The notes under the pieces were generated by a model. That model worked only from the letters and a program-made list of their open reading frames with translations. It made no database searches and was not told where the DNA came from. Below are positions 1 through 7,251 of a stretch of DNA of 10,259 nucleotides, piece by piece; the stretch's first letter is position 1; each line of letters begins with the position of its first letter. Source of the stretch: an uncultured Chloroflexia bacterium (GTDB lineage: Bacteria > Chloroflexota > Limnocylindria > Limnocylindrales > CSP1-4); the NCBI GenBank assembly GCA_963766735.1, contig CAVYBU010000012.1, forward strand, positions 1 through 10,259. Direction: 5' to 3'. The position numbers and the translations under genes were made by a program.

Positions 1-375
1 CTCGTTCGTCGCGGTTGAGAATCCGCGCTCACCGGCACGCGGTGGGTCGCGACCGGGATCAACAATGGCACGGGTGGCGTCACGAGCGTGGAGGGCGGCG
101 TCGAGGTGACCGCTGTCTTCGCCGAGGACGGCAACGTGGCGGGCTCGGGCGGCTGCAACGGGTACAGCGCCACCTACACCGTCGACGGATCGAGCATCAG
201 GGTCGGTCCGACCGCGGGGACGATGATGGCCTGCGAGGACGACGTCAACACCCAGGAGACCGTGTACTACGCGGCGCTGGCGGCGGCCACCACATTCGGT
301 CTCCGTGACGGCGGTCTTGAGCTGCGGGACGACGCGGGAGCGCTCCAGGTCTCGTACCGGGCCACGATGCCCTGA
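1..375 (+). CDS. META domain (HslJ-like) protein, 5'-truncated by window edge, apparent frameshift near nt 20-25
   Basis: Frame 1 from nt 19 reads ESALTGTRWVATGINNG...VAGSGGCNGYSATY...GTMMAC...LELRD, i.e. the META W...G.GGCN...T.MAC pattern. A TGA at 16-18 interrupts this frame, but frame 2 upstream reads SFVAVENP, which would join ALTGTRW if one base were added. The ORF-track start at 88 is internal to the domain. Confidence 0.85.
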
Positions 376-395
376 CCTGAACCCCGGCCACACAA

Positions 396-431
396 GCCCG
401 ACCGCCGCGCCGCGAGGCGCGGTTGTCGGGC
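396..431. terminator. GC-rich hairpin between convergent genes, probable terminator
   Basis: GCCCGAC-CG-CCGCGCC [GCGA loop] GGCGCGG-TT-GTCGGGC. It lies between the + strand stop at 375 and the inferred - strand stop at 445-447. There is no strong U tract. Confidence 0.65.
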
Positions 432-444
432 AAGGGCGCGGTGG

Positions 445-1109
445 CTACCCGGGTTGCGCGGTTCCGTCGACTGTGACCGGGGCTTCTGGCTCCGCGGGCG
501 GGGCCGCCTCCGCGGGCGGGGCCGCCTCCGCGGGTGCCTCCGCCTCGACGGGCGTGTTCGTCCCCACAGGGGTCTCAGGCTCGACGGCCACCGGGGCCAC
601 CGGCTCGGCGTCCTTGAGCGGCCCCCCGACCTTCTCGTGAGGCCGTGCGTCAGGCTGCTGGCCCTCGCCGCGATCCGCTCGCGCCTCGCCGCGATCCGCT
701 CGCGCCTCGCCTTGCCTCGCCTGCGATCGAGGAGCACGGCGGCCACCAGGCCCACACCGATGCCCACGGCAAATCCGACGGCGAGGTGGGCAGTCCGGCC
801 CTGGGCCCAGCCCCGGGCATAGGCGCGGTCGTAGCGGTCACGATCCGTCCCCGGCCAGTCGCGCTCCAGACGCGCGACCAGCGCCTGCAGACGGGGCGTC
901 GAAGCCGCGTCGCGAATCCGCCCGCCGATCTCGTCCATGCGGTCGTCGAGGTGCAGATCGCCGCCGGCCTTCACCAGGTCACGCCGGACGCTGCGCGCGA
1001 GATCGGTCGCATGATCGAGTCGAACCCTGGTCGTGCCGGGTTCGACGGCGAGCTGGGCAGTGTCGATGCGGACGGGAAACGCCCCGCGCGCGCGGTCGAG
1101 GATGGTCAT
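445..1109 (-). CDS. YtxH-like single-pass membrane protein with acidic Pro/Ala-rich tail, frameshifted at C6 run 622-627
   Basis: GGAGGG RBS (1118-1123) precedes the ATG at 1109. Hydrophobic LAVGFAVGIGVGLVAAVLLD followed by RRRGKARRERI resembles the YtxH start. Adding one G in the G6 run gives ...RRSGGPLKDAEPVAPVAVEPETPVGTNTPVEAEAPAEAAPPAEAAPPAEPEAPVTVDGTAQPG-TAG (221 aa), which stops just before the hairpin. The ORF-track frame instead runs through the hairpin into the META gene. Confidence 0.65.
490..534. repeat. 18-bp tandem repeat x2.5 (CTCCGCGGGCGGGGCCGC), encoding (P)AEAAPP units on - strand
   Basis: Exact copies at 490-507 and 508-525, partial copy at 526-534. Confidence 0.9.
663..711. 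repeat. 21-bp exact tandem duplication (CCTCGCCGCGATCCGCTCGCG), encoding RRERIAA x2
   Basis: Exact copies at 663-683 and 684-704, plus 7 bp at 705-711. Confidence 0.9.
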
Positions 1110-1352
1110 GTGGCAGGCCCTCCGTCTGGCTGCTCCGCATCAACGTGTGAGCGGGATCGTGGTGCGCCGGCTGACGGTCCGGGGCGGGCATCACGGGTCT
1201 ACAGGGTAGCCCGGGCCGGCGCCGCGAGGCAATGCTGACCAGCCTTCGTGGGGGTGCCCTGGCGCGGGGACGTGGTCGGAGCCGACGGGAGCCTCCACGC
1301 AGAGAGACGGAGCCAGATGCGCGGTCACTAGATCGAGATCGCGATGTTGGGG

Positions 1353-1381
1353 TTGACAAAAGAGAAAGGCAGCCTTATAAA
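1353..1381 (+). promoter_or_regulatory. sigma70/sigmaA-type promoter of the DUF2089 operon
   Basis: TTGACA (1353-1358), 17-bp spacer, TATAAA (1376-1381), in the only strongly AT-rich patch of the window. GAGG RBS at 1405-1408 precedes the GTG at 1416. Confidence 0.85.
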
Positions 1382-1389
1382 AGAGAAAG
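1358..1389. promoter_or_regulatory. 11-bp direct repeat AAAAGAGAAAG x2 (21-bp period), candidate operator
   Basis: Exact copies at 1358-1368 and 1379-1389, overlapping the promoter spacer and the -10/+1 region. Confidence 0.55.
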
Positions 1390-1415
1390 CACATAACGCT
1401 TTATGAGGTTCTGTC

Positions 1416-1853
1416 GTGCTCTATGACATCATCGCCACCTGTCCCGTCTGCACGGGTGAGCTTGCGGTGACGCGGCTGCGCTGCAGCAGTTGCGGGACGA
1501 TCATCGAGGGCGAGTTCGGGGTGGGGCGGTTCGCCAGCCTCACCCGCGAGCAGACGCAGGTCCTGGAGAGCTTCCTGCGCAGCCGCGGGAACCTCCGCGA
1601 CATGGAGCGGGAGCTCGGGATCAGCTATCCGACGGTTCGGGCCCGCGTGGAGGCGCTGATCCGCGCGCTCGGGTTCGGGCCCCGCGACGAGGCGGATCCG
1701 GCCCCGAGCGGCGGGGCCGATCCGGGCACCGTCCCCGCCGCAGATGACATCCAGGCCGCCCGGAGGGACATCCTGGAGCGCCTCGCCGCGCACGAGCTGA
1801 GCGCCGAGCAGGCCGCCGAGGCCATTCGCGCGCTGGGAGGGAACGCCCGATGA
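1416..1853 (+). CDS. DUF2089 family protein (zinc ribbon + HTH + C-terminal SHOCT-like), probable transcriptional regulator
   Basis: CPVC...RCSSC zinc ribbon, GNLRDMERELGISYPTVRARVE helix-turn-helix typical of DUF2089, and C-terminal RRDILERLAAHELSAEQAAEAI. Confidence 0.9.
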   Translation: MLYDIIATCPVCTGELAVTRLRCSSCGTIIEGEFGVGRFASLTREQTQVLESFLRSRGNLRDMERELGISYPTVRARVEALIRALGFGPRDEADPAPSGGADPGTVPAADDIQAARRDILERLAAHELSAEQAAEAIRALGGNAR

Positions 1854-2998
1854 CAGGGAACGCAGCCATCGTCTCCCACTCCCGCGAGCTGCCGCTCGAC
1901 CCGGGTGGGTCCGTGGAGATCGTCCTCGCGGCCAGCGACCTGAGGATCCGCGGGATCGACGGTGACCGGGTGGTCGTCAGGGCCCGGGACGGCAAGCCCC
2001 TGGACGATCGCGTCCACTTCGAGACCGCCCCCGGCGTCGTCCGCATCCTGGACGGCGAGGGCGGCTTCCGGGACGGCGAGGGCGGGTTCAAGCTGGGACC
2101 GGTCCAGGTGCGCATTCGTCGTTCCCCGGACCTCGACATCGAGCTTCCCCGGACCGCCTTGGTCTCGCTCCGCACGACGAGCGGTGACGTGGAAGCCCTC
2201 GGGATCGGCGGCGCCAGCCGATGGGCATCGGCGTCGGGTGACCTGCGGGTCTCCGTGTCTGCCGGTCCGGTGCACCTGGACACGATGTCGGGCGATGCCG
2301 TCCTCGAGTCCTCGGTCGATATCGCCCTGACGGCTCGGACGGTGTCCGGTGACCTGAAGGTCCGGGCGCCGCGCCTGGAGACCCTCGACGCCAGCACCAC
2401 CAGCGGGGACATCCGGGTGGAAGGGGACCTGGCCCAGGGCGCCCGCCACAGCATCAGCTCCGTCTCGGGCGACGTCGACATCATCACGGGCAGCCCGGTC
2501 CGTCTGGAGGCCCAGACCATCGCCGGCGACATCCGGGCGACCGGGCCGCACGCCACGGAGGGTGGCCAGGGACGCCGCACGCTGGTCGTGGGTAAGGGAT
2601 CCGTTCCGCTGGCCGTGCGCACGACCTCGGGCGATGTTCGGCTCCGGATCGTGAACGGAGCCGGGATCCTCGCCCCGCGGCCTCCGGTGGTCGCCGTGGC
2701 GCCGGCCGCGCCCGCATCGCAGGTCGCACCCGTACCGCAGCCTGCGCCGGAGGCGCCGGCCCCGCCCGAGCTCGCCGCCCAGCCGCCGGCGCTCGACCCA
2801 GCCAGTGAGCCCCGACCTCTCAACGAGGAGGACACCCAGGCCTGGAACGCCCCCGAGCCGGCGATCGACCGGCGCGAGGCCGATCGCCTGGACGTGCTCC
2901 GGGCCCTCGAGCGCGGGGACGTTGACATCGAGACGGCCTCTCGTCACCTCGAGGCGCTGGACGAAGCCGGCCCTCGCTCGTTCCGGGGGTGGTGCTGA
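1850..2998 (+). CDS. DUF4097 beta-strand repeat (toastrack / YvlB-LiaX-like) protein with C-terminal SHOCT-like motif
   Basis: Repeated T/S-x-SGD-V/L/I units (TTSGDV, SASGDL, TMSGDA, TVSGDL, TTSGDI, SVSGDV, TIAGDI, TTSGDV), a Pro/Ala linker, then RLDVLRALERGDVDIETASRHLEAL. ATGA overlap with the upstream gene. No signal peptide. Confidence 0.9.
   Translation: MTGNAAIVSHSRELPLDPGGSVEIVLAASDLRIRGIDGDRVVVRARDGKPLDDRVHFETAPGVVRILDGEGGFRDGEGGFKLGPVQVRIRRSPDLDIELPRTALVSLRTTSGDVEALGIGGASRWASASGDLRVSVSAGPVHLDTMSGDAVLESSVDIALTARTVSGDLKVRAPRLETLDASTTSGDIRVEGDLAQGARHSISSVSGDVDIITGSPVRLEAQTIAGDIRATGPHATEGGQGRRTLVVGKGSVPLAVRTTSGDVRLRIVNGAGILAPRPPVVAVAPAAPASQVAPVPQPAPEAPAPPELAAQPPALDPASEPRPLNEEDTQAWNAPEPAIDRREADRLDVLRALERGDVDIETASRHLEALDEAGPRSFRGWC
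2051..2092 (+). repeat. 21-bp imperfect tandem duplication encoding DGEGGFR-DGEGGFK
   Basis: GACGGCGAGGGCGGCTTCCGG followed by GACGGCGAGGGCGGGTTCAAG. Confidence 0.8.
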
Positions 2999-3426
2999 TG
3001 GCCACCGATCCGCTGGAGCAGGTCCTCAATCTCGTCGCCGACGGCACTGTCAGCGCCGAGGAAGCCGCTTCGATCCTTGCCGCGCTCGACGCCCGGTCCG
3101 GGCACACCGCGACGGCCGGCACCGGGGACACCCGGAAGGCCCCGCCCCGCGACGTGCCGCCCGCCGGCTCCAGCTACGACTCCCAGCCCGACGTCGACGC
3201 CGGCGGTCGAGCGGCCGTGTCGCTCCGGCTCGAGGTCAGCGAGGGCGGCCGCCAGATCGTGAACCTCCGCCTGCCGATCGCCGTCGGCCGCCTGGCCCTG
3301 GACCGCGTGCCCGGGCTTTCCGGGGACCAGGTTGACCGCGTCCGCGAGGCGCTCAACAGCGGCATGCGAGGTCCGGTCCTGGAGGTCGACGACGGCGACA
3401 ACGTGGTCCGGATCGTCCTGGAGTGA
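2998..3426 (+). CDS. Small protein with N-terminal SHOCT-like domain (type found in DUF2089/YvlB-like operons)
   Basis: ATG at 2998 overlaps the upstream TGA (TGATG). LEQVLNLVADGTVSAEEAASILAAL, a low-complexity linker, then LRLEVSEGGRQIVNLRLP...GPVLEVDDGDNVVRIVLE. Confidence 0.8.
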   Translation: MATDPLEQVLNLVADGTVSAEEAASILAALDARSGHTATAGTGDTRKAPPRDVPPAGSSYDSQPDVDAGGRAAVSLRLEVSEGGRQIVNLRLPIAVGRLALDRVPGLSGDQVDRVREALNSGMRGPVLEVDDGDNVVRIVLE

Positions 3427-4791
3427 ACTCTCTGGCGGGGGCCCGCTCCCTGCCGATGTGGCGGGCGTTCGGCGTCCGCGACTTCCGCCTCCTGTGGGCG
3501 AGCGAGGCCATCTCCGTCCTCGGCGACCAGTTCCACTACATCGCCCTCGCCTGGCTGGTGATCAGCCTCACCGGCTCCGGCCTCGCGCTCGGCGCTGTGC
3601 TGATCGCTGTCGCGCGTGCCCCGGGCAGTCCTCATCGTGCCGTTCGGCGTCCTCGCCGACCGCCGGCCGGCCAGGGGGTTGATGGTCGCCGCCCACGTTG
3701 CGCGGGGCGTCATCGTCGGCGTGATTGCCGCCCTGGCGATGAACGGCATGGCCTCCGTTCCTGCCCTGATGGTCCTCGGCGTCCTGTTCGGTGCCGCGGA
3801 CGCCCTGTACATGCCCGCCCAGCAGGCGTTCCTGCCGCGAACGGTGGAGGCGGATCGTCTGCCGTCGGCGAACGCGCTGCTGCAGGGCACCCTCCAGCTC
3901 TCATCGATGGTGGGCCCGCCGCTTGCCGGGATCGTCATCGCGATCGCCGGCACGGGGACAGCGTTCGCCGTTGACGCTGTCTCCTTCTTCGTCGCGGCCC
4001 TCGTCATCCTGCTCATGGGGCCGGCCACGGCTCGCCGGATGGCGGACCCAGCAGCCGGTGTGGCGGCGCCCGCTGGGACCGCGCAAGTTGCGACCGCGCC
4101 CGTTGAGACCGCACCTGTTGGGACCCCGCCCGCGCCAACGGGCCGGTCGTTCAGGGCGGAGCTGGTGGACGGCATTCGCTACGTCGCGGCCGACCCCGCG
4201 GTTCGCACCCTGCTGCTGCTGGCCATGGTGCTGAACTTCGCTCTCAACGGGCCCGCGGGTGTCGGGATTCCGTGGCTGGCGCAGCGGCGTTTTGACGCGG
4301 GTCCCATGGGTCTGGCTGCCATGGAGGCGGGCTGGGCCGCGGGCGCCCTCGTGGGGATCATGCTGGCCGGCAACGTGCGGCTTGAGCGCCAGGGCCGCGC
4401 GGTCGTCGCGGCCGTTGCCGTCGCCGGCGTGATGATGGTCGCCGTCGGATTGCTGGGCTCGCTGCCGGGCGTCGTCGTGGCACTCGCCGCGGCGGGCGCC
4501 ACGATCGGCTACGTGAACGTCGTCGCGGTCTCGTGGCTGCAGGGCCGCATCCAGCCCGCGATGGTCGGTCGGGTGATGAGCATCGTGATGCTCATGGGGT
4601 TCGGGATCTCGCCCCTGTCGCTGGGGCTATCGGGCGCCCTGATCGACATCGACGCGACCGCCCTGTTCGTCGGGGCCGGTGTGCTGACGGTCGCCAGCGC
4701 CGTGTTCTCGATCGCGGTGCGCCTGCCTGCGATGCTCGACGAGAGGCCCGCTCTCGCTCAGGTGGGTGCGGCGGGCGCGGCCGGATCCTAG
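3423..4791 (+). CDS. MFS transporter (MFS_3/DHA3, MefA/EntS-like), one extra base near 3615
   Basis: GTGA overlap with the upstream gene. N-terminal RDFRLLWASEAISVLGDQFHYIALAWLV joins VPRAVLIVPFGVLADRRPARGLMV (MFS motif A) if one base at about 3615 is removed; the span is 1369 nt = 456 codons + 1. Multiple TM helices and WLQGRIQPAMVGRVMS in the C-terminal half. Confidence 0.9.
4063..4125 (+). repeat. Degenerate 15-bp repeats in MFS central loop (AAPAG-TAQVA-TAPVE-TAPVG)
   Basis: ACCGCGCAAGTTGCG / ACCGCGCCCGTTGAG / ACCGCACCTGTTGGG at 4078, 4093 and 4108, with a weaker unit at 4063. Confidence 0.6.
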
Positions 4792-4832
4792 CCAGGCTCG
4801 CCGCATGACGGCGGACGACCCTCCGGCCGACC

Positions 4833-6141
4833 TCAGCCTGCGTTGGCCGCCGGAGTTTGCCCGGCGACGCCGGGCAGCGTCACGCTGAACCGGGCGCCGC
4901 CGCCGGCCGGGGAGTCGGCGCGGATGGTCCCGCCGTGTGCGTCGACGATCCGGCGCGCGATGGCGAGACCCAGGCCCGTGCCGCCGGACCCGTGCCGGGT
5001 CGTGCCCGACAGGCGGGTGAACGGCTCGAAGATCCGCTCCCGTTCGGCAGGTGGGATGCCAGGCCCTCGATCGTCCACCTCGATCACGGCATTCCCGTCG
5101 ACGCCTCGCGACTCTCACCGTGACGGTCTCCCCGGGCGGCGAGTGGTCGATCGCGTTGTCGATCAGGATGAGCAGCAGCTGCACCAGGCGGTAGCGGTCG
5201 ACGGTCGCCGGGACCGGCATGGGCGCGTCCATCTCGAGGCGCACGCTCCGCTCGGCGGCCAGCGCCGTGGCGCCGCGGACGGTGTCGGCGGCGAGCGCGG
5301 CCGCATCGAGACGAGCGGGCTCGACGGTCAGCCGGGTCTCGTCCCAGGCGGCCAGCTGGAGCAGCTCACCCACGAGGCCGCCCAACCGGTCCGCCTCGCC
5401 GATGATGTCGGTGAGCAGCGCATCCCCGTCGCCGGTGACCAGCGCCTCGCGCTCCAGCACCTCGGCGTTGGCGCGGATCAGCGCGGCGGGCGTGCGGAGC
5501 TCGTGCGAGGCATCCGCGACAAACCGGCGCTGGGCCTCGAAGCTCTTCCTGATCGGGACGAGCGCGCGGCCCGTGACCACGTAGGCGATCGCCGCCGCCC
5601 CGATCAGTCCCAGCGCGCCGACGATGAGGACGGCGAGCATGAGGCTCCGCGCCTGCTGGTCGTGGAGCGTCAGATCGAAGCCACCCTGGACGAACCCCGT
5701 CTGGGCGCCATCATGGGTGACGGGCATCGTGAGCACGCGCACCTCGACCCCGTCGGTCTCGATCGTCCGGACGTCCAGCCCGTCGCCGGCATCTCCGAGG
5801 GCTGCGGCGTCCGGGAGGCCCGGCAGCGTCTGGCCGGTCCGGTTGAGGAGGACCCGCCCTTCGGCATCGAGCACCAGCATGACGGTGTCGGCGACCGCCG
5901 GCGAATGCTCGCCGACCTCCTGCCGCTCCTCGCTGCCGGGCAGATCGCCATCGAGCGCCGCGACCTGTGCGCGGACTGCCACCTCGAGGGCCTGGTCCAG
6001 GTCCGCGTCGAGCGACGAGGTCGCCACGACCACGGTCGCCACCCCGACGCCAATGACCAGCAGGGTCAGGAGCGCCAGCGTTGTCGCAAACAGGCGAAGC
6101 CGCGTGCGACGCAGGAGTCGCTCGGTCGAGGTGGTCGCCAT
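4833..6141 (-). CDS. Membrane sensor histidine kinase (HisKA + HATPase_c), frameshift near 5100-5112
   Basis: Two TM helices flank an extracytoplasmic region. H-box FVADASHELRTP and N-box ILIDNAIDHS are in the 6141 frame; G1 DDRGPGI, F-box IFEPF and G2 GTGLGLAI are in the 4833-5087 frame. The span is 1309 nt = 436 codons + 1. Confidence 0.93.
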
Positions 6142-6143
6142 CG

Positions 6144-6818
6144 TCAGTCCGCGGCCTTGAGCGTGTAGCCCACGCCGCGCACGGTCTTCAGGCGTTCGGC
6201 CCGGTCCAGCTCGCCAAGCTTGCGACGCAGGTACGAGACGTAGAGGTCCACGACGTTGGAGTAGACGTCCGGCTCTGCCCCCCAGACCTGGTCCAGGATC
6301 TGCTGGCGCGTGACCACCTGGCCGGCATGGCGGATCAAGAAGCCCAACAGCGCGAACTCGCGCGCGGACAGGTCCACCGTTCGCTCGCCGACCTGCGCGA
6401 CGTGCCGGAGCTCGTCCAGCACGAGGTCGCCCGCCGCCATCCGCCCCTCTGCGGCGGGTGCCGGGCGTCGCCCGAGGGCGCGGATCCGGGCCAGCAGCTC
6501 GGAGAAGGCGAAGGGCTTGGCGAGGTAGTCATCCGCTCCCGCGTCCAGTCCGGTGACCCGATCGTCCACGGACCCGAGCGCGGTCAGGAGCAGCACAGGT
6601 GTGGCGATGCCCTTCGCCCGGAGCAGGCGCATGACGGAGATGCCGTCGATATCCGGCAGGCCGCGGTCCAGGACCACCACGTCGTACGGGGCGGCCTCCG
6701 CGAGGGCGATCGCGGCCACCCCGTCGGGGGCGATGTCCGCCACGTGGCGCTCGGCCACGAGGACCCGCTTGATCAGGGCCGCCATCTTCGGTTCGTCTTC
6801 GACCACGAGAACACGCAT
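6144..6818 (-). CDS. OmpR/PhoB-family response regulator (MprA/CusR-like)
   Basis: MRVLVVEDE, phosphoacceptor in VVLDRGLP, LLLTA, GADDYLAKPF, and winged-helix SNVVDLYVSYLRRKL...TVRGVGY. Confidence 0.96.
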   Translation of the reverse strand: MRVLVVEDEPKMAALIKRVLVAERHVADIAPDGVAAIALAEAAPYDVVVLDRGLPDIDGISVMRLLRAKGIATPVLLLTALGSVDDRVTGLDAGADDYLAKPFAFSELLARIRALGRRPAPAAEGRMAAGDLVLDELRHVAQVGERTVDLSAREFALLGFLIRHAGQVVTRQQILDQVWGAEPDVYSNVVDLYVSYLRRKLGELDRAERLKTVRGVGYTLKAAD

Positions 6819-6868
6819 CGCGCCGCATTGTGGGGGCGGCGGGCGTGTTGGTCGAGGGCCGGGGGCCT

Positions 6869-6905
6869 TCTCTGTGGAAACTCACATCCGGGACTCACGG
6901 CCGGG
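6869..6905. promoter_or_regulatory. Candidate response-regulator binding repeats in divergent intergenic region
   Basis: TCTCTG (6869)-N5-ACTCAC (6880)-N7-ACTCAC (6893); the last two extend to ACTCACATCCGGG / ACTCACGGCCGGG. Confidence 0.5.
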
Positions 6906-6966
6906 TGGGTGATCCAGTTCGACAGTGGGGGAGCACAAAGCCGCTCAACCCCGGGAGAACGACCTC

Positions 6967-7251
6967 ATGATCCACCGAACTGCCATCTTCGTCGCGTCGC
7001 TGGCCTCCGCCTTCGCACTCGTCGTCGGCCTCGTCGTCGCCGGCTTCGCACCGTCGGCCGCCCCCATCGCGGCGGAGCCCGTGTCCGCTCCCGTCGTCGC
7101 TCCGACCGACGTGCCCCCGCCCGTCGTCCAGGTCGACACCGTCTACGTTGCGCCGGCCGCCAAGCCCCAGGACATCGTCGTCACCAAGGTCGTCAAGACA
7201 ACCCGCAGCGGCGGCGACGACGAGAACGAGCACGAAGGATCGGACGACTGA
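6967..7251 (+). CDS. Small membrane-anchored/secreted hypothetical protein (94 aa) with acidic tail
   Basis: GGGAG RBS near 6953-6957 and ATG at 6967. Hydrophobic N-terminus IFVASLASAFALVVGLVVAGFA, Pro/Val-rich body, ends TTRSGGDDENEHEGSDD. High GC at third codon positions. Confidence 0.8.
   Translation: MIHRTAIFVASLASAFALVVGLVVAGFAPSAAPIAAEPVSAPVVAPTDVPPPVVQVDTVYVAPAAKPQDIVVTKVVKTTRSGGDDENEHEGSDD

Noticed and set aside
16-18. In-frame TGA in the META frame as selenocysteine or read-through
   Set aside because: The upstream frame-1 codons (LVRRG) look non-coding while frame 2 gives a sensible linker, so a frameshift is simpler.
267-444. Extension of ORF 267..1109 through the hairpin into the META gene
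   Set aside because: Better explained by a one-base loss in the C6 run, with the true stop at 445-447.
490-711. Short repeats as a possible CRISPR array
   Set aside because: The copies are directly adjacent with no spacers, have in-frame lengths (18 and 21 bp), are coding, and no cas genes are present.
1110-1350. Intergenic stretch as possible riboswitch, ncRNA or small ORF (979..1359, 1191..1394)
   Set aside because: Only short palindromes are present (GTCGG-AG-CCGAC, ATCGCGAT), with no aptamer consensus I recognise. The ORFs lack an RBS or overlap the promoter. An Rfam scan would be decisive.
1621-2947. Long minus-strand ORFs 1621..2928 and 1625..2947
   Set aside because: Antisense to the DUF2089/DUF4097 genes; long shadow ORFs are expected at this GC content and have no recognisable motifs.
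4627-5100. Arg-rich C-terminus of ORF 4627..6141
   Set aside because: Out-of-frame read-through after the frameshift. The ATPase G boxes are in the 4833..5087 frame, and this tail would overlap the MFS gene.
4843-6168. 441-aa plus-strand ORF
   Set aside because: Antisense shadow of the histidine kinase.
6081-7250. N-terminal 390 codons of the 526-aa ORF 6081..7661
   Set aside because: It is the antisense shadow of the response regulator plus an off-frame read of gene A. Only 7251..7661 looks like a real gene.
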